Shown: positions 1-13,290 of the stretch, one piece after another
Layout of the letters: each line of letters begins with the position of its first letter
Position numbering within the stretch: position 1 is the stretch's first letter
Assembly: GCF_009914755.1 (NCBI RefSeq)
Contig: NC_060931.1
Direction: 5' to 3' (one strand)
DNA length: 64,000 bases
DNA from: the human T2T-CHM13v2.0 reference genome, Homo sapiens
The notes under the pieces: model-generated
Databases searched by the model: none
Told to the model about the DNA's origin: nothing
The model's input: the letters and a program-made list of their open reading frames with translations, nothing else
Translations under genes and position numbers: made by a program

Positions 1-664
1 CTTCCTCTCACTGTACAAAGTAGGTAACTGGGGACATTAGTGGATCAGTGATCAAACCAAAGTTATTTGATCTTACCAAGTGATATCAGGATGAGAAAGC
101 TGTTAGAGTGTCAGATATGTGAAGGAACTTGGGTCATTCCTGATACCTCAAAGAGAAAAAAGGTAGTCCTTGAACACCTCCTACTTGTAAAGGATGCACA
201 ATCCTACATGCCCCTCCCTTTCCTTTCCTCCCCTCTGTACCCCACCCCTGCCCACATTTTCTTCATAAGCAGCTTTGGTGTTTTGGCTTGTTTGTTTCCC
301 TTGTCTCCTACCTGTGACTTTATAGCCTTTTGGAGACTCACAGCAATAGTTGTATTTAAACTCAGTGGGTGGCATCCAAGGCTAAAAAGGAGATTGCCTA
401 GACACAAAACCACCCAAGGGAGAAAGCAGGACAGCATCTTACTATGATTGTTTCTTGTTTCTTCCTGTCTCATAAGGATTATTACCCAGGGTTTTCATTT
501 TTTTCATTTCATGGTTCATTTTCGCTCCAGTGTAGACATACAATAGACCACTCGTCCCTGTGGCTCCGGGCAGCAGCCTCATCTGAGACCCTCCTGAGAC
601 ATCTCGTGCAGGGCAGCCGTAGTGTGTGGCTTCCCCAGGGCTGCTCTAACAGATCACCATCCTT

Positions 665-1090
665 GCCATGGCTTAAGAAGCTGCAGATTTATTTGCTTAC
701 AGCTCTGGAAGCCAGAAGTCCAAAATCAAGGTGTCAGTAGAGTCTCTCTCTCTGAAACCTGCTGAGGATGATGCCCCTGGCCTCTCCCCAGCCTCTGGTG
801 TTCCCAGCAGCCCTTGGCATTCCTTGCCTTGTAGATGCAAAACTCCGATCTCCACCTCTATCCTCACAGTGAGTTCTCCTGCATGTCTGTCTCTGTGCCT
901 TCACATTCCTCTCTGTGTGTCTGTGTTTCCATCTCCTTATGAGGACACCCATCACTGAATCAGGGCCCACTCTATACCAGTAAGACCTCATTTCAACTCC
1001 ATTACATCTTCAAAAACCCCATTCTCAAATAAGGTTACTTCACAAGTGCTGGAGGTTAGGACTTGAACATACCTTATTGAACAATCCAAC
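665..1090 (-). mobile_element. MaLR solo LTR, MLT1 family (MLT1B/C-like)
   Basis: Hallmark antisense blocks: atttatttgcttacagctctggaagccagaagtccaaaatcaaggtgtc ... ccccattctcaaataaggttac ... ggttaggacttgaacata. Confidence 0.75.
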
Positions 1091-1294
1091 TGATGACACA
1101 TAGTAATTTATGCACTCGTTCTTGGAGACGTTGACTTTATTTAGTAGCATTAACCATGGCAATGTCACCAGCATCGCTGACAGCCTGAAGCATATGATCT
1201 CCAGAATGTATTTCAATCATCATGTTCACTTCCTTGGTATTCTTTAGACAATAACTCAGCCTTGAACTCCAGTAAAGGGTTTCCCTGGGATTTT

Positions 1295-1740
1295 CTTCTT
1301 GACTCACTCCACTGTGGCCTCCCTCATCCAGGACTGTAACAGACGCCTGACGTCAGTGGTCTAGACCTCTCTGCTGAATGTCATCTTTGGTGAATGTCTT
1401 ATGAGAAAACACATGGTTGGTCACTCTTAGAAGGGCATGAAAGCCTGTCTGCAGTATAACCAAAACAGGCACATGGCGAGGCACACTGTGCGCATGTGTG
1501 TACAATTAATATCATGGTTTTAAATTATTTTCAGGCCAAGGGGAGATCTTTGCTGCATCTACTGAAGAAAGCGAATCTTTTTCTTCCTGAAAAAAAATGG
1601 CTACTTATTAGTCGAATTTGTGTTTTAAAAATATGTGAACTAATATAATGCAGACATGCATTAATGTTTAAATATACTGGAAGTTTTTGGTAAAATGAAA
1701 CCCATTGTCTCTGTTGATTACTTTGATGAGTCAAGAAGTA
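1295..1740. promoter_or_regulatory. Candidate enhancer motif cluster (AP-1, CRE)
   Basis: TGACTCA 1300-1306, palindromic CTGACGTCAG 1347-1356, TGAGTCA 1727-1733. Motif evidence only. Confidence 0.35.
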
Positions 1741-2014
1741 ACATCCTGGGAATGATTGGCCAGTTTAAATGAGTGCCTCAGGTTTTTGGAATACAAGAAA
1801 TCAAGAGGAAGGGATTAGAACATATAGGTTAGCAAGATTGGGATCCTAAAATACAGACCCAAATGAATGGAACAAAATCAGGGAATTTATTAATAACAGG
1901 GTCAAGGCCAAATCAGTAACAAATATCCTGAGTGGAAGAAAGGTGGTTTAACAAATGCCCCTATGAAAGATAGAGATTGGCTTACCATGATGAGATGTAA
2001 GCCCAAGTTATGAG

Positions 2015-2450
2015 GTTGGCACACAAAACCACAAATGTCATAGCTTAAAACAACACACACTTCTTATCTCTGTTTCTGTGGGTCAGGGTCTGGGTTCTCA
2101 GGGACTCACAAAGTATGTTTTCATCTGGAGCTCCAGGTCCTCTTCCAGGCTCATAAGGGTTCTTGGCAGAATTCAGTTTCTTGAGGCTGTAGGACTGAGG
2201 TCCTGGCTCCTAGAGGCCACCCTCTCCATAAGCAGTTCTTAGCATGGCCGCCTGCTTCTCCAGGCCCAGTGGGAAAGCATGTGCCTCCAGGAGGGCTCAG
2301 TCCATTCTTCATGGCTTTTACCTGGTTAAGTCAGGCCCACTCAGGATAACTTCATTTTGTATTAAATCAAAACCAGCTGATTTGGGATGTTAATTACATC
2401 TGCACAACTTCAACTTTGCCATATAACCTAACCATGGGACTGATATTTAT
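2015..2450 (-). mobile_element. MaLR solo LTR, MLT1 family (MLT1D/E-like)
   Basis: gcttaaaacaacacacacttcttatctc...ggcagaattcagtttcttgaggctgtaggactgaggtcc...ttaattacatctgca...ttgccatataacctaac. Confidence 0.7.
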
Positions 2451-3954
2451 CATGCATTTGGGTCAAGTTGCATTAAGAGATATAATAAAGCTGGACAAGC
2501 TTCTGTTGATTAGAAGAGTTCAGTTACAAGGCTACACTTGGGAAGAATGTTTACAAACTGGAATGGTCAGAGGATGGGGAAGACACTTGAGAAAAGTCAA
2601 GTGACGGATGAAGGCAAATGTGGATATTTATCTGGGAGAAAACTAAGAGGAGTTATAATAGCTGTCTTCAAATATTTAAAGGGCTTTTATTAGGAAGAGG
2701 AATTTGGCATATTGGATTTTGCCTTCAGAGAAGTGGAGTCCTGAGATGCTCTTAGCCATTCATTCCAGCCTCCAGGGCTCACCTGCTGTCTTCTGTCCAG
2801 GTTCTCGGTAGCAGGGCAGTACAGCCCCATCCGTGATCTTCCATAGTCAGGCATATTGTCACACTCAGTGAGCGGAGAGTCAACCGGGAGGAAGGCACAG
2901 TTTCTCTGGAATGACCTACGGAATGGTACGCTCAAATGCAAATTCTCCTTCCCTTCCCCAGTCCTTGTCCTTCAGATGGTAATTTAGGAGCTGAAGGTCA
3001 GGGCACCAGCAGCCTTTGGAAGCCTACAGGACAACAGTCAGCCTGGCTAGAAAAAAAAACAATGTCACAGGCATGTTGTGTTTAATCACATGAAGGATAT
3101 TTGCATTGTTTTCCAACTGATGCCAGCAGACACATTGTCAGTGGTATCATGCCTGGGGTATCAGAGTTGACATTGGGTTGCCCCTTCTCTGAGGCATTCA
3201 TGTAAATCCTTTTAAGTTTATAAAACCTCCATGTGGCTCCTGCATGCTTCATCATTTGCATGTGTCTCTTTTTCCAGGGGAGGCAGCATGGGGAGCAGGA
3301 TGCTGGTGGGCTCCAGGTGCAGAGAGCAGGGTGGGCGTCAGACCCCAGGTCCACTGTGCACGCCCTCTTGTAGAGCCCGTTCCGTTGTCCATGAGATGAG
3401 GAGTGTTCTTATCTCTAAAGTATTATCATGAAAACCTAACAATGTAGAAAGACTAAAGCACATGGGTGGTGCTTCATAAATAGTATTTCTCCCACTTTCT
3501 GAAAACTCCTGCTGAAGTAACTGCACAAGAATCCTTGAACATTTAGAATTCTGGTTTTAGCCATACCATAAAGTCAGTAGTGCGTGGTGGAATTCTGCTA
3601 ACGAAAATTGCGAAGGATCAAGGCAGAGTACAGAGCTGGTGTGTAGCGGGTACCTTCTGTCTGCTGGCACTAGGTATTTTACACATTAAATCAGCTCGTT
3701 CTCACATCAGCTCTTTTAAAAATAAGGAAATGAGGAGCCACAGTGGCCCAACTGATGCAGTGGCAGAAGTAGAATTTGAGCTTGTGCAGATGTGCCTCCG
3801 TGTTTTGTCTCCTGAGCATGCTGCCCCAAGTTTGACAATACCAAGATTTGTACTGGAACATTCCCTCCCATCCCCACCCCCTAGAAGCCCCTCTTCCTCC
3901 CTTAGATTTGACACATAGTTTGAAACCACTATTAACTACCTTATGAGAGCCACT

Positions 3955-4170
3955 GTTTGTGAAGTGCTGACTATGTGCCAGGTCCCGTGCCGTGCAATTT
4001 TTGTGAATTATCTCGTGTCTACAGTGCCTCACAATTTCTCTGCTCAATACCTCCATGTTACTGCCGAGGAAAGGGAAGCTCAGAGAGAGTAAGTAATTTG
4101 CTCGAGTTAAAGAGCTGGCCAGGACAGCCAGGGGCTTGCACCCCGGAGCCTTCATCCACTACACTGTCAG
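3955..4170 (-). mobile_element. MIR SINE
   Basis: gtgctgactatgtgccagg...gaggaaagggaagctcagagagagtaagtaatttgctc matches the antisense MIR core. A second degraded MIR lies at about 3650-3815. Confidence 0.65.
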
Positions 4171-5168
4171 CTGGTATCTCAACCAGCCATTACAGGCTGT
4201 AAAAAAATTATATAAGATAGTCTATGGTAATGCAGAAAAGTGAGGTTATTTTGCTCCCTTTCCCTTTGAAGAAAAAAGCCCTGGAAAGACATATCACTTG
4301 AGTATGGGAAAAAATGAAGCTGTGGCTTTTCTGTGAGTCAATTCTTTCCTGGCAGCTTCTTGGAATAAGACCAAGTATAGCAGCAGAGTTTTCTGTTTTA
4401 ATTTGAGCTGCAGGGTGACTTTTTTTCTTCTATGCTTTCATCTCTCTGTGGCTTCTTTTGCCTCGTTAATTTCATGCCCTGCCCAGGCGGGCTACTGTGC
4501 TGCCCAGTCACCCGGGTCTGGGGCGGCCACCGCTGGCCAGCAGGCAGGCCCTCCAGAGGCAGAGGTGGCCACGCTTAGGTCGCTCCCGCTGTGGAGGCGG
4601 CACACTTGGGTGGCAGCACAGCTGTGATGTGGCGGCAGCTGGCAGCCCCATGGGAAAGATGTGTGAAGTGTGGGGTTTGACGACCCATGGGAGAACAGAC
4701 TTTCTTCCTCTTCTTGTTTTCCCTTCAAAGCCGTGAGTCAACCTCAAATTCTCTGTCTTTTTTCTCCACCCCCTCGTGCCTCTCTCCCTCACGCTCTGCA
4801 TCTCTCATTGCAAGCTTGCATTTTTTTGCACACAACACTATCCTAATATTTCTCTTTTCTGCAGGCAGGAAATGAGAAGTCATTTTTCAGGGTCATTCAG
4901 GAAGTCATCCAGAGTTATAATGGCCCATTATCTAATGGTCAGAGTTTACTTAGGCTTTCACTACTTCCACTGCCCACTTGAAACAGGGAAAAATATTTTC
5001 CCCCCGCGCTGTGAGTGTGCTATTTAGAGCTGACCACAAGCGGGGGGAAGAGAGGATGGCTCGGATGCTGCATTTCCACTGAGAACACAAGGCTGGCAAA
5101 GCTTGTCTGCTGCCCAGCAAGCACTTCAGGCTCACACCATTTTAGGTTCACTTTAAGTAGTTTCTCAA

Positions 5169-5173
<5 letters not shown>

Positions 5174-5201
<28 letters not shown>
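5174..5201 (+). repeat. Poly(A) tract, A28
   Basis: Direct read; no attached Alu or L1 body is recognisable. Confidence 0.95.
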
Positions 5202-5205
<4 letters not shown>

Positions 5206-5244
5206 TACTCTGAGGATATGCTTATAATCCCATAGCTAACCCAG

Positions 5245-5390
5245 AATTTCTTAGAGAACTGATCAACATCAGCAGTGGCACTTACTGAAAATGCACATTC
5301 TCAGGCCCTGCGTAGGGCCTACTGAGTTAGAATATTAGAGAGCAGGTCTCAGAAACATTCTATCCGGCAGTCTTATTCTATGCACCCGAA
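5245..5390. mobile_element. MER5-type hAT-Charlie DNA transposon fragment
   Basis: gaaaatgcacattctcaggccc...cctactgagttagaat is typical of the MER5A core. Confidence 0.5.
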
Positions 5391-5958
5391 GGGATAAGAG
5401 CCATGCTTTCATGAAACATGGGTTGTGTGTAAAATGTTTAAAAGGTATGGCAAAATGTGTTTGATTGGCACCAAGGATTTCTGGTTCCTCCTAGAATCAT
5501 TAATCAAACTTTGAAGGAGAAATAAGAGAGTCGGCATTTTCTTGCACATTCTTTGTGATGTTGTGATGAGTTGGAAACTTCCCGATTGGGTTTATTAGAG
5601 CATGAACACCCAGGCACCCAGCTTCTAGCCAGCCCTGTCAGGCAGAGTCTCCTCGAAGATGTGGAAAGGACTGACCAACAGCTGAGGCCTACAGGAACCT
5701 GAGCAGGCAAGGGGAGAGGCACCCCGGAACCAGGAGCAATGGCCTTCCCACCCTCCCTCGTCCTCTCCTCTTCTCCTTTTGGAGTTGCAGGCCACAGAAA
5801 GGAAGTGACATGAGTCACTTTGGGCCTTCTTAATTCCTTCATCAAAGGCAGCACAGGTGTGTATGTGTGTTGGTGGCTAATTGAGGTAGGCCCACAGAGG
5901 AGATAACAGATGGACATACTATTTCCTTTCTTCCATTCTGATATAATTCAGGGTATAA

Positions 5959-5983
5959 ACACACACACACACACACACACACA
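5959..5983. repeat. (AC)12 microsatellite
   Basis: Direct read. Confidence 0.95.
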
Positions 5984-7833
5984 TTCTCACTTCTTTGGCA
6001 TCTACCACACCTGCCCCAGTGCCCATTTCTCTCCCACCTGAATAAAAAGCCCCCACAAAGCCTGAGGTACATGGAAAGGAGCAGTGGTCTGGCTCCCAGG
6101 AGTGTGAGAAGCAGCCATGTTTTCAGAGGCTGTATTCCACTTGGACTTGGCCCTACGCTGAAGGTAGGAGCGGATGGGGGAGGCCCCCTTCGCACAAAGA
6201 GCCCCATGAAAGAGTGCACAGTCCAGTCTATAAAACAGACGCAGAAAATGTGTGTAGGACTTCTTCCTGAAAAAGAGCGTGGTGCGTCCAGTACCTCCAT
6301 GTTCATGGAACTTCCCAGTCTGCAGTTTACCCTTTTGTGCAACTCCCTTTTGGTAAAGCCCTGGTCACACTTCTGGTTGTTCAGATTATACAGGGATAAT
6401 TCCAGAGTGATTTTAAAGTCAACTGCCAGGCATCCGCACTTGCAAATTAGATGCCTGGCACATGCTTGTGTTAAGGTAATAATTCATTACAATACAAATT
6501 ACAGGGGAGTTCCTCTGGGCATGCGACCTTTCCCGTCATTTGGCTTTCCCTGTGATTATCAGGGGAGCTTCCATCGTGCTGCTAATGGGACCTTAACCAT
6601 GTGTCAACCCATGGCTGTAATGCTGACACTGTTTTCTTTCTGGAATGAAAGGCCTTCGCAATTGAAACCAAAATGTTATCCAACTCAGTCCTGTCCCTTT
6701 GACGATGAAAACATCAAGTTCTGGAGACTGGCCATCCAGCCTCCCTGCCTCATCTCCCACGCCCTCCATCATTTTTTGTCTCTACTTACTTATTTATTTG
6801 GCTGTATTTTACGTACATCATGCAAAAATATTCCTCTTTGTAAAAAGTATAATGATTTCAGGAAATTAGAGGGTAAAAAGCAAGAACCATGCTTTCACTC
6901 CACTGTCAAGAGTTGTGGAAGAATCCTTCCAGCATTTTTTCTGTGTATTTTACATACATACAAATATATGTACAAATAAAGGTCGATCATTTAGGTTTTG
7001 TTTATATTTTTGTATATATGAGCTTATGTCATTCATACATATTGTTTTGCCTCTTGCTTTTTTTTAACTTAATTTTACTTTGCTTGAGAGCTTTTTGAAC
7101 TGAAGTACGTGTAAGTCAGCCTATGCATGTAATGGCTCCCTCATCTTCTGTGAGGCTGTCACTAAAAAGGGGATTTAGCTTGTTCTGGGCTTTGCAGCCC
7201 GTACACTGGGCACTGTTCATACGTACTTCTCTGTGCACGCAAAGGAGGGCTTGCTAGGGAGGCCTGGCAGAGGGTGCCATTCAAATAGGATTTTCAATGG
7301 AGGAATTTTTAAATTTTCAGTTATTTGAATAAGTTTTAATATATATCCAGAACCCCAAATCATCAAGTTTGTTTTCTTCCACATCTGTCCTTCCATTTCT
7401 GAACTATTTTAAGGCCAGTCATGTCTCATCCAAGAAATCCCATCCTTTCACACAACACTATCTCCGTTTCATGGTTATGAATCTCTAAAAGCATGATTTT
7501 TAAAACATAATCACAATGCTGTCATCGAACTTAAAAATTAGCCATAAATCTCTTATGTTACCCAACAACCAGCCTACTGACACATCTCCAGTTGTCTCAA
7601 AAATGTGTTTTCCATTGTGGTTTGTCTGAAACATGATCCAAAAGTCAGACCCACCTCTCACCTTTCCCTAACCTGCCGGAGCCCATGTTTCTTTCCAGCC
7701 AGGCTTGGAGACCACCACACGGGATTTGCTTCTTGGGGCCTCCCTCTAACCAGCTATGCAGGATGCCCTCTTTCCTGTCAATACAAGCTGCTCAAAGGAC
7801 TCATTCAGTTCAAATTCACCTATGTGAGCCTAG

Positions 7834-8134
<301 letters not shown>

Positions 8135-9745
8135 TCATGTTTTCAGGAGCTGTACGTGCATTTTTAGTTTTGATGACCAGGTCCTTTTTCTGTTTTTTAA
8201 AGAACTTCAAATGATCTCCAGGGTACACAGCGCTTGTGTGCTGATGAAAAAGCTGGCAGTACAAAGGCCACCAGCCAAGGTCACACAGCCAAAAAGCCCC
8301 TGACCTCGGGCCCCTTCCCAGACCCTGGGTCTTTTGCTGCCACATGAATCTTCTTCAAGGTCCTATGTGTAGATTTTCTTGACTTGGCCATATTATTTAG
8401 GATTCAGATATAATAACAAAATAGATGTTAAAGCATAACATGAAGGCATTTAAAAGGGTAGAAAGCACATGATTTACTAAAACCATAAATCTTATGACCT
8501 GAAAGTTTCACCTAATCTCTTAAAAAATACCGTACTAAACCCTGATTGAAAATCAGAGCTCAGACATACAGCCTGAGATGCCAAAAAATGGCCAGGCTTG
8601 TCTGTTGAGAAAGCCATATGTAACTAACTGTTTGGAAATTCAAAATATATCTTATCATTTTAAAAACATCTTTCTTCTAAAGACAATCATCTTGGCTTCA
8701 GGAATGAGGCTAGTAAAAAGTGAAATACTCCTACTTGTGGAAGAAATCCTCATTTTAACCATGAAGAACTGAAAAATGCATTCTGATGTTGATGGACCCA
8801 ACCTATATTTGGGTATTTTATGATGTACACAATATACTTTTGTATATGAGATTGTTATTAAATGTGACTTTGCTTTTTCAAGACATACAATGTTCCTCCG
8901 GGGGTCAGGCACTGTGTTTAGCACTTTGTCCTGACCTCATCTGACTTCTCAGCTGTCCCTGAGAGGTACCAGTGTGCAAGATCGCTGAGTTGGCAAGTGA
9001 TAGTGACAATATTTTCACCCCAATTTCTAATTTAAAGACCCCGATTTCTAGTTTTGTTTTGTATTGGATTTGCACAATTTCACGTTCTGAAAGAGGATGC
9101 CCTCAACTTTGCAAAATGGGCCTTTTGAATGAAAAGGATCAGTCATGTCAGGAAAAGCGCTACAATGATGAAATATGATAAATAAGTCAGTCTTTCATCT
9201 GTAATTATCTACTATGGGGTAAAAAGTGATGAAAACTACCATCTTGAAAGGTTCTGGTGATAGTGGTTCCTAATGCAGTGAAAGATGTGTAAGTCAAAGA
9301 TTTGTAACCAGCCAGGGAATGAGAGGCGAAGCCATAGCTGGTGGCGGGGGCCACATCTGGGTGTGGGGAGGCCACAGTTGGGTTGGGGGTGGGGCCTGCA
9401 GTTATCCACACCCCTCCCACCTCCCTTCGACAGTACAGGCTTCCTGGTTACCTTCCAGAGAGTAAGGCCAGGGAGAGTTGAATAAGTTGAGAAATGTCAT
9501 GTCGAAGCTATTGGTGGAAAGAGTTCCATTAATTGACAATACAAGTCCCTACTACATTCTAAAATCTGGTCCTGACTAGTGGCAAGCCGGGCCCAGGAGT
9601 AGCACTTAAACAATGGCAGGCTTGTGTTGCTGGCAGGATACTTCAGCCTCAGAGGAGCTGTGTGCAGCTGGGGAGACTCACACTCAGAGGATTTCAAAGC
9701 AGAGGGCATCTCGTAGAGCAACTTATCCAAACCCTGACCCACTGT

Positions 9746-9747
<2 letters not shown>

Positions 9748-9800
<53 letters not shown>

Positions 9801-9822
9801 GAGAGAGAGAAAGAGAGAGAGA
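9748..9822. repeat. Compound microsatellite (AC)25-cct-(GA)n
   Basis: Perfect AC run at 9748-9797, followed by an interrupted GA run at 9801-9822. Confidence 0.95.
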
Positions 9823-12800
9823 TAACTAAAGAGAGAGAACTAAAGTTTGGCAAAATAATACATGCTCTAATGAAGGTTTATTAATGATTAATCTACTCCT
9901 AGCATTTCCTAGTCCACTCTATCTCCTTAAAAAAAAAATTCTGGTTGCAGCCCACTAACTTGATTGTACAGCTGCTTAATGGATAGCAGGCTGTAATTTT
10001 CAGAGAACTGTTTAATGCGGGCTACCTCTGTTCTTCCATGCTGCTTGTGGTTCCTGCTCTGCTCAGGACAGAATGGGGAGGAAAACAGGCTCTGCGGCAC
10101 AATATTGGCAAGTGAAATTTTGTAAACCGGCCCTCCCTTCCTTTTGCATTTGGTCTGAAAATTCAATTAGATGCTGAGTCCTACAATGTATTTGAGGAGC
10201 CCAGGAGTGCCCTAGAGGATGAGACTGGGTGGCTCCCTGTCAGGTTGAACATTTGCCTTAATTACTTTGGCAAGATTTGCATCAGTGGTATTAGTCCCTG
10301 CCTCACTTGGAGGCCTGCACTTAAGTGGCCACATTCAGGCTCCAATTTCCTGGTGATTTCATAGTGTAGGGCATTTGCAATCAAAACTAGGCTTAAAGCC
10401 CAACCCTCTTACATTTTACCCACCCCCACAAATGCAGCAAATAAAATGACTCTGATTTTCATTCCCTAGACCTCTTTTCTATATTTATTACATTATTGTT
10501 AAGACAGTTTTTGAAGAAAGCTGTTTTATTTAACAAAATAGCTTTATGGAATCAACTTCATATATCTTCTCCGCCAGATCAAAACAAGCTCGTAGTATTA
10601 GATGTCACCGAGCACCATGACAGGCAGATGAACATCATCCCTGTGCCCGGCTAATGATAGCTCGGCCTGCCCCGGCGTCAGCCGCTCCTGGCAGGGCCAG
10701 CGGGCGGTGTGGGACCGGCACCGTATCTCCAGCAATTCGCAGATAACAAATGTGGTTCTGATGATGTTACTAAAGATCTGTCCCTTTCAAGATTGGATTA
10801 GACATTAGGAATTTGGAGGGCTTTTTATTGCTAGCATTTTTAAGAATAACCAATTAGAGTATTGATTCTAAAGTCTGAAAGCCACATGGACAGAGTTCAT
10901 GTAATTGGCTACTTTATGTGCCTCTTCCTAGATTGCCCTGCATTTTCAAAACAAGAGCCTTTCTATTTTAATCAAAAGAATCCAGAATGAAATGAGGCTT
11001 TGAAAACTCAGCCTATGTTTGTCTTGATTTCCTTAACTGACATCTAGAAGAAAATATGAGCTCAGGGGTCCGCTGGGTTCCTTCCAGCGCCTAAGCCTGT
11101 AAGCTCTTCCTGCTGGAACCAAGCTTTAAATGCACTTGTCAGTCATGTCCCATGAGAATAGATACTGCCTTCCATGTTTTTTTGTTCTGATTTCCGTGTT
11201 TGAAATGACGAAAATCATTTTTCTGTGCTTTTTAAAAATGGAATTGCTTTTGTGTTGGGAATTGTGCTGCTCATTTTTACTCTACCTCGTTTTGGAATCA
11301 CTAATGTGGCCAATTTATAGCCAAAAATCAGTATCGTAGAGTGAGCAATGAATGGCATGGTGACTGTGTAAGCGAATTCACGCCCTCCCTCCCCACCGCT
11401 CGCCCCGCGTCTCAGTCCTCAGTGATGGTAAACAGAATGAGGACCTTCTCCCGACCGTGATGCGCCTCAGCCCTACTTCCCTTGTCCTTTCCTATCATAA
11501 AATCTTCTTTCATAGAAATGGTCATTTCTGTTCATATCTGTGGACTGTAAATAACAAGGAAGTCATTTTTGAGGTGAAAACTGCACTTAGACTCATTCCA
11601 ATTTTGATGGAAACTTTTAGCTGGTGGATGGCATTTTGTTTTGTCTTAGTTTTGCAAGGAGTTATCTTAATTTAGGGAGATGAAACTAGTCTGTGATCCG
11701 AGGTCTCACTTCCATACATTTCTCTCGGGCAGTGTGGCTGCCTGAATCATGCCTGGATGCCACAGGTGCTTAGCCAGCTGGTCCTGTCGTAACTGTCACT
11801 GGTAGCTCAGGGAGTGCAGAGGTGCCAGCAGACACTATGAAATTGGCCTCGTAAAGCATCAGTTATGTTGTGATGGTGGCAAAGCTGCAGGCGAGATGGG
11901 AAGTGCAGCCACTGAGAACTCACAGTAGAGCGTGTGTAACGTAAAAAGATGAAACCCATCGTACACAGCTGTGTACTGCCTCCTTGAAGTCAAATTTCCC
12001 CCATTACCAAGGAAAAGTTTTTTCTGAAGGGGGCTGCTTGACAGGATGACATCTGGTGATATCATTTATTCCTTTGGAAATCAATCTGTGGAAGTGAGTT
12101 TCCACTGACTGATGAGGAGAAAAATGAATTGGCTTCACCCAGCATCCAGCTTCTTATCCTGGGAGAGATAGCTCTTGGTCTGTCATCCACGCAGCTGCCT
12201 GGTGCAAGAGCCAAGTTTGTGCAGTCTGCAGAGCACTCTTCCTGAGCTGTGGGCTGCCAGGTCGGGGGGCAGGGGGGGCCTCACTGTGCAGCCTCCTGCC
12301 ACCCACTGATCATCTGGGGAGACTGGCCTATCCTGTCAGGAGACGCAGTTGCCCAGACGTTTTCAAGGGCCTAAGATGTAGGCAGTTGATCCACAGATTT
12401 TTGGAGAGTCCTTGAGTTGGAGATTACAGGTGACCTCAGAGGAGGGAGTGAGAACATCTGGGTCATGGGTTTCTACTAGGAGTCCACAGTGAAAACAAGA
12501 AGAGGAATTTACGACAAGGCAGTCCAGCAACTTCCTTTCTAACTTCTCCTTTCACATATGCTGGATACTCCAAGACTTTGCATTTACATGGACATCACAG
12601 ATCCACTTTGAGAGAAGTAGGGTAAAAAGAAATAAATACATAGTGCTTTAGGTGTATTTCTATACATCTTAATTGATATGGGATTACATTTTCACTTGTG
12701 TTTACTGTACAGACTCTAGACAGATCCTGCTCTTTTGCAGGTAAAACAAATATTTCTTAAAACCTAGAAAGACCCAAAACAATTTAACAGAAACATTTTG

Positions 12801-13149
12801 GACCATTTTGGACCTTGGCAGTTAGGCCCCAGTGCAGCAGCGGCAACCATAAACCTCTCCATAGGTGCTGAACCCAGGTGATCCCTGGCACCGGCAGCCT
12901 TATGTCAGGGCTCTCTTATCGCTGGTTTTTATTTCTCCTAATAAAAGTGATTAAAAGATTCATCTTTTAAAGAAAGCAAGGACACAGAGGTGGATTCTCC
13001 CTGACGCTAGCACAGCTCATGCCCAAGCCACTCCTGCAGGGCTCTGGTCTAAGTGCAAAAGCTGGAAAAGCTGCAGGTCCCGCAAGACACAGAGCAACCC
13101 TGCAAGCCAGGTCACCTTCCCTCTTCTCTGCTGTCCGACTGGCCCTCCA

Positions 13150-13290
13150 CCATGTGACATTCAAAAGCTCAAGTTACTTAACCTCTCAAAACTCAGCATC
13201 CTTTTCTGTACAGTGGGGAAGATACTGGACTGTTGTGAGGATTAAGTGAGGAGAGTGGCCCAATGAGGTTGACAGTTATTACTGTCATTG
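13150..13290 (+). mobile_element. MIR SINE
   Basis: caagttacttaacctctc...ctgtacagtggggaagata...gttgtgaggattaagtgag. Confidence 0.7.

Larger units (their letters stand above)
4330..5820. promoter_or_regulatory. Candidate enhancer (AP-1 x3, ETS:AP-1 composite, GC-rich core)
   Basis: TGAGTCA at 4334, 4734 and 5811; AGGAAGTG at 5800-5807; GC/CpG-rich 4485-4635. Motif evidence only. Confidence 0.35.

Noticed and set aside
5174-5201. Poly(A) tail of a processed pseudogene or orphan retro-transduction
   Set aside because: No recognisable upstream mRNA or SINE body, no canonical AATAAA just upstream, and no clear target-site duplication.
9748-9797. Identification as the well-known EGFR intron-1 CA-SSR1
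   Set aside because: CA-SSR1 lies close to exon 1. This repeat is about 50 kb upstream of exon 2, far from exon 1.
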